Assembly: GCA_041690135.1 (NCBI GenBank)
Contig: JAWLHY010000010.1
Span: 192,001 to 256,000, forward strand
Origin: Armatimonadota bacterium
GTDB taxonomy: Bacteria > Armatimonadota > SYMT01
Direction: 5' to 3'
DNA: 64,000 nucleotides
Both the position numbers and the translations under genes were made by a program. Of the stretch, positions 10,141 to 20,530 are shown one piece after another (the stretch's first letter is position 1; each line of letters starts with the position of its first letter). The notes below the pieces were generated by a model. That model did not search any database. It saw nothing but the letters and a program-made list of their open reading frames with translations, and had not been told where the DNA came from.

Positions 10141-10905
10141 CTAGTCCTTACCGGTTTCGGCGTCCTTGATCTCCATCACATCTGTCTCTTTGAGCTTCAA
10201 CGTCCCGTTATCGGTCACCACCGTGTAGACACCGTCGGCCAGGCCCTGGATGCGACCGGTGATCCGATCGCCATTGCGCATGAGGATGGACTTCAATGGC
10301 CCGGTCGCCGCCGCCGCGGGTTCCCCTGCCGCTGAAGCGTTGGATGCACCGATTCGCACGGTGTCATCGATGTAGCCCACGATCTCCGTGCCCTCCTTGA
10401 GGGTGACGTTGCCGCCCTTGATGAAAAGAGCCAGAGGGGCTAACAGGATGGTCGCGGCAATCGTGGCTCCGGCCGCACTTTTCCCGGCACGTGCCTTCGT
10501 AGCTCGCAGTGGCACCCGCTGTCCATCCACCGAAGTGGTGTAGTCGATGGAGATGTCCAGGAGGCCGCGCTTCCCAAAGATGCCACTTTTCCGCGACGCC
10601 GTAACGGTTCCGTATGCGGCGGTCCCTTTCCGAATCAGCACTTTGCCTTCCGCGTCAACCACGTCGTCGTCCACCCGTAGGTTCACGCGGGAACCCTTCT
10701 TGGCATCCCCCGACTTGTATTTCCCTACCGTGATGAGCTTGATAGTCATATCGGGCACGAGTATGCCCGGAGGAGCAGTGGGAGGTGGGAGATCCGGTAC
10801 CGCTTCCTTCTCCTTATCCATAGCGACAGCGCCTCCCGGGAAGGCGGCGGACGCGGCACAGCACATCCCCAGTGCAGCAACTTTGATTACGGAGCGCCGA
10901 TTCAT
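10141..10905 (-). CDS. exported hypothetical protein
   Basis: N-terminal MNRRSVIK plus hydrophobic signal; beta-rich domain (VLIRKGTAAYGTV...VDGQRVPL); internal hydrophobic helix. Confidence 0.8.
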   Translation of the reverse strand: MNRRSVIKVAALGMCCAASAAFPGGAVAMDKEKEAVPDLPPPTAPPGILVPDMTIKLITVGKYKSGDAKKGSRVNLRVDDDVVDAEGKVLIRKGTAAYGTVTASRKSGIFGKRGLLDISIDYTTSVDGQRVPLRATKARAGKSAAGATIAATILLAPLALFIKGGNVTLKEGTEIVGYIDDTVRIGASNASAAGEPAAAATGPLKSILMRNGDRITGRIQGLADGVYTVVTDNGTLKLKETDVMEIKDAETGKD

Positions 10906-11067
10906 TCAGGCAGTCCCTTTCTTGTACGGAGACCAGGCAGGCACGAGTACATTCGGGCTCCTCTCTGGAAAACCTCCTTCCTTTCGGCATTTTCCTGCAA
11001 TGCCAAGGCTTCTTGCAGTAGCCCGGTGGTACGGGAACAGGCACGCAAGGGGTATCAGGGCAACGGG

Positions 11068-12624
11068 TTAGCGCCGGAGAAGGCGCTCTATGGAGGCGAT
11101 GCGCTGGGAATCCTGCCAGCGGGGGCCAATACTTTCGCGGAAGCGGGCGGCCACGGATCGACCGCTCGCGTCCTTCTGCCGGGGATCCGCTCCACGGGAA
11201 AGAAGCAGTTTCGCCGTAGAGACGTGACCCGCGATACAGGCGCGGAGTAGCGCGGTGCTCCCAGCGGCGTCGGTCTGGTCGATCCGCGCACCAGCCGAAA
11301 GGAGGCGCCGGACGATCCCGTCCTTTCCGTGTTCGGCGGCCAGCATCAGGGGTGTCACGCCTTTCGGGTCCTGTGATTCCACGCCCCGCGGCCCCGAGAG
11401 AAGGGCCAACACGACCTCCGCGTCTCCCCGAAGGATTGGAAGGAAAAGATCGGTGCTCGTGATCTCCGTATCCGATCGCCGGATCGCGCCACGGCGCAAG
11501 AGAAGGCGGATCATCTCCAGGTCCCGCCTCTCCGCGGCGCGGTCCAGGAGTGTTTCACCTGTCACCGATTGTTCGTTCGGATCCGCACCGGCATCCAAAA
11601 GCAAGTTCGCGGTCGCAACATCGCCGCGCATTACGGCCCAGCCGAGCGCCGTCTGCCCGCGCGTGTCACGTCCACGCACGTCTGCTCCCGATCGCAGTGC
11701 TTTGAGAACCTCTTCCGGCCGCCCCAGGTAAGCGGCGAGCAAGAGATCGGTGGTAGCGTTGGAGGGCGCACCTCGGAAGCGAAGCGCATCTACGGTGGGG
11801 CCGTCCAGGCGCCCCACGGCCAGATCGAGGAGGGAACGGCCCTGCGGATCCTTCTCCTCGACCGGGGCTCCGGCCGCAAGCAGGACCCTCACTACTTCGT
11901 CCGCGGGACGTCGGGTCAGTTGTTGACTCCGGGGATCCCGAAAGGCACTTCCATACGAGCCCGTGATCGGCGTCGTCGGGTTCACCATCGGAAGCTCCAT
12001 CCCCGGACTGAGCATGAAATGGAGCGGCGAAGGCTCCTGGCCATCTCGCGAGGCGACTGCGGCTCCGTGTCGCAAGAGAAGCTCCACGACCGATGCGTGG
12101 CCGGAGCGGGCCGCGAGCATCAGGGGTGTGCGTCCCCGACGATCACGCATGTCGGGATCCGCGCCCGCCCGGAGCAGCGTGTCGACGATGGTCAGGCGAC
12201 CCATCTGTGCGGCCACGGAGAGCGGCGTCCGCAGATTGCCGTCCTGCGCATTGGGGTTGGCGCCGAGATCGAGTAGGGTGGCGACCATTTCCCCATGGCC
12301 CCTCCCGGCGGCGCGTTGGAGCGGTGTGCGGAGGCCGGGATCCCTCTGGTCGACATCGGCTCCGCCGCTCACCAGGAGCCGCACGCCTTCGACGTTGCCG
12401 ACGGACTCGGCGCGAATAATGGGCGCTTCGCCCTCCGGAGCCCGGCTACGCGTATCCGCCCCCGCGTCGATCAGGGCCTGGGTGATGGCCGGGTCCCGTT
12501 CGTGGATCGCTTCGAGCAACTGCTGGTTCAGAGCCTGCTGCCGGGCATGGCGATGTCCTTGCCACACGGCAATCAGCAGGGCCAGGGACAACAGCCAGTA
12601 GGTTCCTCGCGAGATCCGCTTCAT
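11068..12624 (-). CDS. ankyrin-repeat protein with N-terminal membrane anchor or signal
   Basis: Many G-x-TPLxxAAxxG...LLxxGADP repeats. Confidence 0.93.
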   Translation of the reverse strand: MKRISRGTYWLLSLALLIAVWQGHRHARQQALNQQLLEAIHERDPAITQALIDAGADTRSRAPEGEAPIIRAESVGNVEGVRLLVSGGADVDQRDPGLRTPLQRAAGRGHGEMVATLLDLGANPNAQDGNLRTPLSVAAQMGRLTIVDTLLRAGADPDMRDRRGRTPLMLAARSGHASVVELLLRHGAAVASRDGQEPSPLHFMLSPGMELPMVNPTTPITGSYGSAFRDPRSQQLTRRPADEVVRVLLAAGAPVEEKDPQGRSLLDLAVGRLDGPTVDALRFRGAPSNATTDLLLAAYLGRPEEVLKALRSGADVRGRDTRGQTALGWAVMRGDVATANLLLDAGADPNEQSVTGETLLDRAAERRDLEMIRLLLRRGAIRRSDTEITSTDLFLPILRGDAEVVLALLSGPRGVESQDPKGVTPLMLAAEHGKDGIVRRLLSAGARIDQTDAAGSTALLRACIAGHVSTAKLLLSRGADPRQKDASGRSVAARFRESIGPRWQDSQRIASIERLLRR

Positions 12625-12649
12625 GCTCGCCTCCCGGCGCCTGTAACCG

Positions 12650-13579
12650 TCACTTGCCAGACAGGCTATGGATGGGGGTTCCGGCTCCTTCGGTGCTGAT
12701 CCATAACTCTCCGCCGTTGCGGCTGTAGGCGATCGCCTCGCCCTGTCGCGTTTCCGGAAGCGGCACGTGCGCGGGAGCCCTGGTCAGCGCCGCGGCCACG
12801 TCGCCGCCCGGGACCATCCACTCGTAGGCGTCGGTGTAAGTGCGGATAACGAGCCGGCTGCCATCCGGCGCCAGGTCCGCGGCCGTTATCAGCCGGGAGG
12901 CGATCACGTCGCGCAACCCTCGGATGGTGCGCGGTTGCGGCTCCAGATCGATAGACGCCACTTTTCGGAGTGTGTTGGGCTCGTTCGCCTTCAGCGGGTT
13001 AGGCGCCGCGTAAAGCGCGGAACCGTCTAGCGCCTTGCTTATCACAAAGAGTTGCCCGGTCTTTGGGTGGGCCATGAGGGCTTCCGCATCGCGCGGTCCA
13101 CCGTCATAAACGAATTCAAACGCCTGTGCCGGGGCGGCCTCCAATGTCTCGCCGGCGCGGCTTTCGTCAACGATCGGCTCGGGGACCCGGTAAACGGTGA
13201 CGGATTTGCGAACAGCCGTGTTGTCGCCGATGTCCGCCAGGTAGAGGACGGGGCCACCGGCTTCGTCGGTGCCGCGCGCGATGTCCTCCCAGTCGATATT
13301 CTTCGCACCGGGAACTTTGAAGGTGGCCAGCGTGGCGCCACTGCGGGACACGGCGAAGAACCGCGCCTCGTCGCCGCTATCGTTGTGGGTGAAGAAGTAG
13401 CCATCGCTCCGGGAGGCTGCCGCAAGCCCGCTCGATTCCGCAATTCGCGTGTCCTTGAACCGGGCCAGCACCCGGGGCGGGCCGTAGGGTGAAGGGGCCG
13501 CGGCCCACGCGACGCCCGCGCCCAGCAACAGGGCGAAGAAAGCTCCGGGGACGGATGAAATGGGACTTCCTCTGCGCAT
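12650..13579 (-). CDS. secreted beta-propeller-like hypothetical protein
   Basis: Signal peptide; ESSGL, THNDSG, DWED, DIGDN, DAEAL and QGEAI motifs of a widespread uncharacterised family; start uncertain. Confidence 0.8.
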   Translation of the reverse strand: MRRGSPISSVPGAFFALLLGAGVAWAAAPSPYGPPRVLARFKDTRIAESSGLAAASRSDGYFFTHNDSGDEARFFAVSRSGATLATFKVPGAKNIDWEDIARGTDEAGGPVLYLADIGDNTAVRKSVTVYRVPEPIVDESRAGETLEAAPAQAFEFVYDGGPRDAEALMAHPKTGQLFVISKALDGSALYAAPNPLKANEPNTLRKVASIDLEPQPRTIRGLRDVIASRLITAADLAPDGSRLVIRTYTDAYEWMVPGGDVAAALTRAPAHVPLPETRQGEAIAYSRNGGELWISTEGAGTPIHSLSGK

Positions 13580-13809
13580 AGATTCTATGACCCTTAGTTG
13601 CACCGGGCGGTTCAAAAGTTGGTACGGTTTCCACGCATACTCGGCTGGGAAATCGACGCCAGGAGCGCCGCGGCAATTTGCATCTCCTCCTGGCTAGGAA
13701 GGTGGGGGGCTATCGCCGAAGAGGACACCCATCAGGCGGCGGACGCATTCAGGGTGCGTACCCGGAAGGCATGGCATCCGGTGGAATCGGCCGGGGACGG
13801 GCCAGGCGA

Positions 13810-14580
13810 TCAGAGGCGGCGACGCGACAGAACCCGGACCACGAAAACCGGAAGGGTGGCGACCTTCGTGTATTTCTTGGGGTTCTGGATCAGACGGTAA
13901 AGCCACTCCAGCCCGTGACGCTGCATCCAGAGGGGAGCGCGGTTCACTCGCCCGCTGAACACGTCGAAGGTCCCCCCCACCCCCATGCACACCGGCACCT
14001 GTAAATCTTCCAGGTGCTCCGTGATCCACTTCTCCTGCTTGGGGATGCCCATCGCCACCAGCAGCACGGCGGGTCGCTTCTCCCGGATATCCCGGATCAA
14101 CTCCGCCTGCTGCTCGGGACTGGTCATAAACCCGTGGGCCGTACCGACAATGTTCGCTCCCGGATAGCGCTGCCGCATCGTTTCCGCGGCATCCTCCGCC
14201 ACACCCGGAGCGGCGCCGTAGAAATACACCCCGTAGCCCCGGCGGGCACTTTCGGCACACAGCTGCTCGGCGAGATCCACTCCCGAAACCCGCTCTTCCA
14301 ACGGGGTGCCGAGTTTCCGCGCGGCCCAAAGAATGCCGGTACTGTCGGGAGTTACCAGGGCGGCGTTATTGACGATCCGCAGAAACTCCGGATCACCGCT
14401 GGCGATGACGTGACCGGATGCATCCGCGGTCACCACCAGGTGCGGGCGGCCGCTGTCGATGAACTGTTGGAGCGCTTCCAGGGCGCGGGTCCGGTTCACC
14501 CGGTGGACGCGCATCCCCAGAAGGTCGATAGAGGGGAGTTCAGGTTCAGTCAAGGTCGGGTGAGCTGGGACCGGTACCAT
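13810..14580 (-). CDS. WecB/TagA/CpsF family glycosyltransferase
   Basis: ERVSGVDL, VAMGIPKQE, GVGGTFD and RAP...GLEWLYRL motifs. Confidence 0.95.
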   Translation of the reverse strand: MVPVPAHPTLTEPELPSIDLLGMRVHRVNRTRALEALQQFIDSGRPHLVVTADASGHVIASGDPEFLRIVNNAALVTPDSTGILWAARKLGTPLEERVSGVDLAEQLCAESARRGYGVYFYGAAPGVAEDAAETMRQRYPGANIVGTAHGFMTSPEQQAELIRDIREKRPAVLLVAMGIPKQEKWITEHLEDLQVPVCMGVGGTFDVFSGRVNRAPLWMQRHGLEWLYRLIQNPKKYTKVATLPVFVVRVLSRRRL

Positions 14581-15503
14581 GGAATAGTCTTTTCGAGCCC
14601 CTCACGCAGTGGTACTCGTGGTTCCCAGCCGAGGCGGGCTCGCGCCTTGCCGATGTCGGGGCGACGACGGGAGGGATCATCTTCGAAGAGGAGCGGCCGG
14701 AACTCCAGTTCCGATGCACTGCCGGTAACTTCCAGCACTTCTCGGGCGAACTCGAGAATCGTGAATTCCACGGGATTGCCGAGGTTGAAGACTTCCCCCC
14801 GGGTGCCTTCCGTGAACATGACACGCTGGATACCTTCCACCAGATCGGAGACGTACTGGAAGCTGCGGGTTTGCGATCCATCCCCGTAGATGGTCAACGG
14901 CTCGCCGCGCAGCGCCTGGGTGATAAAGTTGGGCACCACCCGGCCATCGTCCAGCTGGTTTCGCGGACCGTAGGTGTTAAAGATGCGGATCACCCGCGCA
15001 TCGACGTCGTACTGCCGGATCCACTCCATCGTGGCCGCCTCCGCGAACCGCTTCGCTTCGTCGTAGCACGCGCGCAGGCCAATGGGGTTGACGTTGCCCC
15101 AGTATTCCTCGGACTGCGGGTGCACCAGCGGATCCCCATAAACCTCCGAGGTGGAGGCCATCAGGAACCGGGCACCGCGCTCCGCCGCCAGTGCGAGGAG
15201 GTTCATCGTGCCGACGGAGTTTACCCGCAGGGTTTCGATCGCGTAAGTGCGATAGCCCACCGGGCTCGCCGGGCTGGCCATATGGAAGATCGCCTCTGCG
15301 TTATTGGCCCCGGGGCCGTCGTACGGCTCCACCACGTCATGCGGCACCAGGGTGAAGCGCGGGTGGTCGCGGAGGTGCTCCACGTTTTGCACACTGCCCG
15401 TAAGGCAGTTGTCCAGGGCCGTCACATGGTGCCCGGCTTCGAGGAGCGCATCGCAGAGGTGGCTTCCGATAAACCCGGCGCCGCCAGAGATGAGGATATT
15501 CAT
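14550..15503 (-). CDS. UDP-glucuronate decarboxylase-like SDR epimerase/dehydratase
   Basis: GGAGFIGSH, ASPASP, STSEVYGDP, YWGNVNP, YDEAKR; start at ATG 15503. Confidence 0.93.
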   Translation of the reverse strand: MNILISGGAGFIGSHLCDALLEAGHHVTALDNCLTGSVQNVEHLRDHPRFTLVPHDVVEPYDGPGANNAEAIFHMASPASPVGYRTYAIETLRVNSVGTMNLLALAAERGARFLMASTSEVYGDPLVHPQSEEYWGNVNPIGLRACYDEAKRFAEAATMEWIRQYDVDARVIRIFNTYGPRNQLDDGRVVPNFITQALRGEPLTIYGDGSQTRSFQYVSDLVEGIQRVMFTEGTRGEVFNLGNPVEFTILEFAREVLEVTGSASELEFRPLLFEDDPSRRRPDIGKARARLGWEPRVPLREGLEKTIPWYRSQLTRP

Positions 15504-15574
15504 AGAAAGACGATCGACGATCCCAGATCCCGGCCCGACAGAAGGCCAAAGGAGTATATCACGGCCCCAAGAAT

Positions 15575-16357
15575 CTACTCTGAAAGCAGGCGGAATGCCT
15601 CCGCGTAGGATTCGGGGTTTCCAATGTCGAGACGGCGCTGGCCCGGCTCGAACTGAACGGCGATCACGGGGCGACCGCGTTCCGCCAGCCAGGTCATCGC
15701 TTCCGTCAACTCGATCTCTCCTTGCGCATTGCGCCGGCACTGCCGGCACGCTTCGAAGATTTCGGGGGAGAACACGTAGCGGGCCGCAATCGCCAGGTTG
15801 CTGGGAGCTTCGACGGCCTTCGGCTTCTCGACAATCCGCCGCACGCGGAACACCTGGCCCGGCGCTCCCTCGGGTTCGAAAACGCCATAGCGGGAGATCT
15901 GCTCGTCGGAAACCACCTGTGCGGCTACCGTCGCGGCCGCTCCCATCTCCTGGTGAACTTCCATCATCCGCGCTAACAGTGAGCGCTCGCCGCCGTGGAT
16001 AATCGTGTCGCCCAACGCCACGACAAACGCCTCGTCACCGATGAAGGCTTCCCCGTGCAGCATCGCGTGGGCCAACCCGCCCTGTTCGGCCTGGTTGGCA
16101 AAAAAGACGCTCCGCCTCGGGACGCCGGTGGCCGGTTCGGCGGCACATGGCGTCTCCTCGCCCACGGGGAACAGTGCGGTCTTCCGGCGGTTGAGTACGA
16201 TCAGCAGCGCATCGAGGCCGGCCTGGTCGCACTCTTCGATCACGTGTTGAAGGACGACCTTACCCCCTACGGGCAGCATCTCCTTGGGCATCAAATGGGT
16301 GAGGGGCCGCAGCCGGGTACCAAAGCCGCCGGCCGGCAGGATTGCCTTCCGTATCAA
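15575..16357 (-). CDS. galU: UTP--glucose-1-phosphate uridylyltransferase-like nucleotidyltransferase
   Basis: KAILPAGGFGTR...PKEMLP, LGD, IVEKP, GEIELT motifs; TTG start. Confidence 0.82.
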   Translation of the reverse strand: MIRKAILPAGGFGTRLRPLTHLMPKEMLPVGGKVVLQHVIEECDQAGLDALLIVLNRRKTALFPVGEETPCAAEPATGVPRRSVFFANQAEQGGLAHAMLHGEAFIGDEAFVVALGDTIIHGGERSLLARMMEVHQEMGAAATVAAQVVSDEQISRYGVFEPEGAPGQVFRVRRIVEKPKAVEAPSNLAIAARYVFSPEIFEACRQCRRNAQGEIELTEAMTWLAERGRPVIAVQFEPGQRRLDIGNPESYAEAFRLLSE

Positions 16358-16490
16358 GATTCCAACCTATTCTACCTCTTGTATCCATGCGGATGATGAG
16401 GCGATAACCGGGCTGCCGACATATGATTATGGGATGCTCGCCGTCCATGCGGGCAACACTCCAAGAATCGCCTTCCGCAGGCCGCCCCCT

Positions 16491-17669
16491 ATGGAACGTT
16501 CAACCCCCGAAGGCCGCTGGATTCGACAACTAGACGTGCTGCGGGCCGTCGGCTGTCTGCTGGTGCTCGCGCAGCATATTGTGTGGGCGACCGCCGAGGC
16601 CGCCGTGGCCGCGGAAGCACGTACATGGTGGCTGGCGTGGTCGCAATTCTTGCTTCTAGGCGGGCCGCTCTTCTTTTTCGCCAGCGGCGTGCTCTGTTTT
16701 CTGAAATACCCCGAAGGAAAGCCGCTCGGAACCTTCTGGAGAAAGCGGCTGCTCTATCTGGGAGTGCCCTACGCTCTCTGGAGCGTGATTTACCTGTTGC
16801 TGGAGAGCACTTATCTGCGACAGATGAATCCGGGAGAGGCGGCCGAAACGTTGGGGATCTACCTCGTTTTTGGGGTCCGGCACCTGCAGTTCGTCAGTGC
16901 GCTCTTCCAGTTCTACCTGATTTACCCCGTGCTTCGCTGGGTTTGGAATCGCGCCGACCGCTGGGTGCTCATCCTGTCGGCGTTCCTGGTGGGGATCGCG
17001 TGGAACGACGGTGTTCCGCGCCTCATCCCGGAACACCTGATCCAGACGGGCTACTCACCGCATGGGGGGGTGGTGCTGGCCTGGTTGCCGTTCCTGGCAC
17101 TGGGTGCCTGGGCCGCCGAACACTTTGAGCGTCTGGACGACCTGGTGCCCCAGCCGCGGTGGATGTACACCGCGTCCGCATTCTTGCTCACGGCATCCGC
17201 AATACTTGTCTACGGACGCTCCCTGCCGGGCACGACTAACGCGGTGGTGTACGCGGGTGCCGCGCGCCCGGCGGTGATGATTGCCGCGGCCCTCTGGCTC
17301 CCTTTCGTGCTACGCCTGAGCTGGATGGCCGCCGGTGGACCGCTGGCGAGCCTGTTAAGGGAGGTGGGGCGCTACTCTCCCGCGATTTTCTTCGTCCACC
17401 CCCTGACGCTTGCCTCCGTGAGCTGGATCGCCCGCGGGCAGGCGAACCCCTGGCCTGCGCTGGTACTGTTTGCAGCGGCGGCGGTGTTCGGCACCAGCCT
17501 GATCGTGGGGCATATGATGCGGTCGGCACCCGGAATACTGCTGACCGGGATGGGACGCCGCTGCGAACGCCTGCGCTCGCGGTCCGCACGACTGGAACGC
17601 CGGGTTGCTTCCGTGATCGAGGATGAGGAGGAAGCGGCGCCGGAGCGACGGGTTAGCCTCGGGCGGTAA
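16491..17669 (+). CDS. acyltransferase 3 (OafA-like) membrane protein
   Basis: LDVLRAVGCLLVLAQH, FFFASG, FWRKR; about 10 hydrophobic helices. Confidence 0.88.
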   Translation: MERSTPEGRWIRQLDVLRAVGCLLVLAQHIVWATAEAAVAAEARTWWLAWSQFLLLGGPLFFFASGVLCFLKYPEGKPLGTFWRKRLLYLGVPYALWSVIYLLLESTYLRQMNPGEAAETLGIYLVFGVRHLQFVSALFQFYLIYPVLRWVWNRADRWVLILSAFLVGIAWNDGVPRLIPEHLIQTGYSPHGGVVLAWLPFLALGAWAAEHFERLDDLVPQPRWMYTASAFLLTASAILVYGRSLPGTTNAVVYAGAARPAVMIAAALWLPFVLRLSWMAAGGPLASLLREVGRYSPAIFFVHPLTLASVSWIARGQANPWPALVLFAAAAVFGTSLIVGHMMRSAPGILLTGMGRRCERLRSRSARLERRVASVIEDEEEAAPERRVSLGR

Positions 17670-17675
17670 ACCCTC

Positions 17676-17716
17676 GAGTAGCCACGGACGGGCGGGGGCC
17701 CCATCCGTGGCTACTC
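17676..17716. terminator. 13-bp hairpin between convergent genes, REP-like GTAG motif
   Basis: GAGTAGCCACGGA pairs with TCCGTGGCTACTC. Confidence 0.7.
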
Positions 17717-17719
17717 CGA

Positions 17720-19066
17720 CTAGCGCTTCTCGTCACCTTTGCCCGCGGCATCACCGTCCGGCAGTGCTTGTGGAAGTGCACTGCTATCCGCAGGCTGTGG
17801 TGCCTTGAAGTCCGGAGACTTGCTCTCAGCCGGCTTGTTGGGCGTCGGCTTCAAGTCCGGCAACTGGGAGGGAGCTCCATCCGACCGCGACGGTTTTCCG
17901 GCTGGCGGTTTCGCCGGCGCGCCTTTGGCCGCGATGGACATGGATGGCTTCTCGTCTCTCCCCTTCTCATCCCGCTTTGCTGGTTCTACCTGCGCTCGGG
18001 TAACGAACGAGGCGGTGGACACGGCCCACTGGTGTTTTTGCCACGCGATGGGATCCGATGGCCCCGCTACGCCGGGGGCGTATTGGACCACTGCGGCCCA
18101 GGCCGGCCCGGGCTGCAGTCCCCCGGATGCACCGGCCGGCATGGCCAAGCTCATCGGTGCGCCTTTCAGCGCCGCGGCAACATCCTCGCCGTTGGGCGGG
18201 TTGACGGTCGCCAGAGCGACGAGATACTCCGCGCCCGGTTGTGTGCCCGCACGGAGCACGCAGGCCACCCGTTGCGCGGGCCGCACGGACCGAAACACCG
18301 TGGACACCTTGCCGGCGGCGTCAATCCGCAGGAGCACGAAGTAACCCGCCGCGGAGGCATTCATCCGCACCGCCACAATTCCCCCCGCGGCGCGAGGTTC
18401 GGATGCGTCGCCCAGTTCCAGGTTGACCGAAATCGGCTTCTCCGCAGTCGTTTCGGCAGCCCGCGCAACGCGGTCTCGGACCTCCAGCGTGGGATTGGCC
18501 TTCTGTGAGACAGCCAGAACTGCCGCATCCGGGATGACCGAACTGCTATCGGCCCCCTTCTGACCCGCTACACCTTTCGGCGTCGACGGTACGGAAGCCA
18601 TCGCCGGGGTATCCGTGGAGCGGGTACGGGGCTCCACGCCGACGGGAAGACTCAAGTTCGGCAGCATGGGAAGCGGGTTCCGGTTCCAGGAGGGACCAAC
18701 CACCGGCCCACTGGGAGCAAGTTCCACGCTCAGGGGTCCTTGTACGGGCCCGATCGGACCCAGGCCTCCAGGCAACTTCCGTGGCTTGCCGGAGACACCC
18801 CCCGCCACCGCTTGGGCCGCCGACCGGGCGAGCAGCACCTCTGCCGGCACTGGCGGGCCGTAGATCCTGGGTCGCTCGGGGGCCGGTGGTCCGTAAACCA
18901 CCGGAGCAGTGGAGCGGACTTCGGTAGGCTGGCTCGGCAGGTGGAGAGGCTGGTTCCCCACGGCCAGGGCAGCCGCCCCGCCAAGCCCCAGCAGCGCCGG
19001 CGCCCAGCGTAAAGGCGATCCACTACGTCCGTTGCCGGCGTCCTTGCGGTTTCTATCTTGGGCCAT
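17720..19066 (-). CDS. membrane-anchored Pro-rich protein with DUF4384-like domain
   Basis: One TM helix; AGYFVLLRIDAAGKVSTVF...GAEYLVALAT resembles DUF4384; GGGAGG SD before ATG 19066. Confidence 0.7.
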   Translation of the reverse strand: MAQDRNRKDAGNGRSGSPLRWAPALLGLGGAAALAVGNQPLHLPSQPTEVRSTAPVVYGPPAPERPRIYGPPVPAEVLLARSAAQAVAGGVSGKPRKLPGGLGPIGPVQGPLSVELAPSGPVVGPSWNRNPLPMLPNLSLPVGVEPRTRSTDTPAMASVPSTPKGVAGQKGADSSSVIPDAAVLAVSQKANPTLEVRDRVARAAETTAEKPISVNLELGDASEPRAAGGIVAVRMNASAAGYFVLLRIDAAGKVSTVFRSVRPAQRVACVLRAGTQPGAEYLVALATVNPPNGEDVAAALKGAPMSLAMPAGASGGLQPGPAWAAVVQYAPGVAGPSDPIAWQKHQWAVSTASFVTRAQVEPAKRDEKGRDEKPSMSIAAKGAPAKPPAGKPSRSDGAPSQLPDLKPTPNKPAESKSPDFKAPQPADSSALPQALPDGDAAGKGDEKR

Positions 19067-19185
19067 CCGGATGATGCCTCCCAACAACAAAGCGGGTAGC
19101 GCGGTAAGAAGTCGATCCTTGAGATCGTACCCTGCTGACGGCAAAAGGTTCACCCAACCGGTAAATGCCCGAGATACCCGGGAAC

Positions 19186-19214
19186 TTTGACCCGGCGCGA
19201 ACCTTTCCGGTTCC
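19186..19214 (-). promoter_or_regulatory. putative ECF-sigma promoter
   Basis: GGAACC-N16-GGTCAAA on the minus strand upstream of the DUF4384-like gene. Confidence 0.4.
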
Positions 19215-19264
19215 AGGTGGGCGCACCCCGCATTGTACCCGGAGACGATGAGCTTTGAAACGGC

Positions 19265-20530
19265 TCAGGACACTTCGGCGATGGCGCGCAGCAAAGTGGC
19301 CGCATCTTCGAGCGTGTTGTAGTGAGCGAAACTGGCGCGCGTCAGGGATTCGCGCCCCAGTCCTCTCAAGATGGCGCCGGAATAGTGGTTTCCGGCCGCG
19401 ACCTGAAGCCCGGCAACTTCCCACAGACGGCGTTCCAGATTTCCTGGCGAGAGTCCGGCTGCCTCGAAGGCGAAAGTCGGCACGCGCTCCGCCACCCGGT
19501 CCGGATCGGCCACCCCGAACAGGGTCACCCGATCGATCTCCCGTAGCCCCTGCAACACCTGTCGAGAAAGCTCTGCCTCGTACACCAAAATAGCCGAAAG
19601 TGCGACCTTGAAGCGCCGCCGCCGCCGTGGGTACTCGACCAACTGTCCCACCGCTTGCGGTTCCAACCGCTCCCCCAGCCGCTCCAGATATTCCAGGGCG
19701 GCTCGGGTGCCCGACACGGCCACGTTATCGAGACTCCCCCACTCCAGCAGCGTTTCCGGGTCGCCATGGGGGTCCACCCGGTACGGCGCCAGCAGACCGG
19801 ACAATCGCGGGTTCATCCAGAGGACACCGCCCATCGGACCGAAGAGCTTATAAGTGGAAAAGACAAGGGCGTCCGCCCCCAGTGCCTGAACGTCGATCGC
19901 GACATGGGGCGCGCCGTGGACCGCATCGATCACCACGACCGCTTCCGGCGCTCGCTCGCGGACGATCCGCACCGCCCCGCGAGCGTCGAGCAGGGTTCCG
20001 AGTCCGTTGCTCGCGAGGGTGAACGCCACGACGCGGGTGGTGGGTTCTACGCGGCGCGCCAGGTCCTCGAGATCCAGGTGCCCGTCGGACGCCATCCGTA
20101 CGCGCCGGACTTCCCAGCGCGCTCTCCACTCCCACGGGCTGATGTTGGCGAAGTGGTCGCAATCGGTGACCACCACGTTATCGCCGGCATCCCACCGGGG
20201 CTCCAGGGCCTCGCGCAGCTTGTAAAGGCAGGCGGTAGCCGACTCGGAGAAGTAGAGCGCATCCCCCTCGGCGGCGTTCAGGAAATCGGCCAGGAGCGCC
20301 CGGGTCCGGCGGTGTTCCGCCAGCGTTTCCGGTCCCGCGGGCCAGGTCCGGGAGGGCTGGGGGTTGGCCCACAGGGCCGCTTCCGCCATGGCATCGGCGA
20401 CACTCTGCGGCACGAGGGTTCCGGCCGCGTTGTCGAGATAGATCCGCCAGCGGCCGTCCCGGAGGTGATCCACCTGTGGGAACTGGCTGCGGATCCAGGG
20501 AAGGAGACGGACGAAGGGGCTTTCAGGCAT
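19265..20530 (-). CDS. class V PLP aminotransferase, cysteine desulfurase-like (VC1184 type)
   Basis: YLDNAAGT, DHFAN, DAVH, FSTYKLFGP; AGNHY in place of RxGHHC. Confidence 0.88.
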   Translation of the reverse strand: MPESPFVRLLPWIRSQFPQVDHLRDGRWRIYLDNAAGTLVPQSVADAMAEAALWANPQPSRTWPAGPETLAEHRRTRALLADFLNAAEGDALYFSESATACLYKLREALEPRWDAGDNVVVTDCDHFANISPWEWRARWEVRRVRMASDGHLDLEDLARRVEPTTRVVAFTLASNGLGTLLDARGAVRIVRERAPEAVVVIDAVHGAPHVAIDVQALGADALVFSTYKLFGPMGGVLWMNPRLSGLLAPYRVDPHGDPETLLEWGSLDNVAVSGTRAALEYLERLGERLEPQAVGQLVEYPRRRRRFKVALSAILVYEAELSRQVLQGLREIDRVTLFGVADPDRVAERVPTFAFEAAGLSPGNLERRLWEVAGLQVAAGNHYSGAILRGLGRESLTRASFAHYNTLEDAATLLRAIAEVS

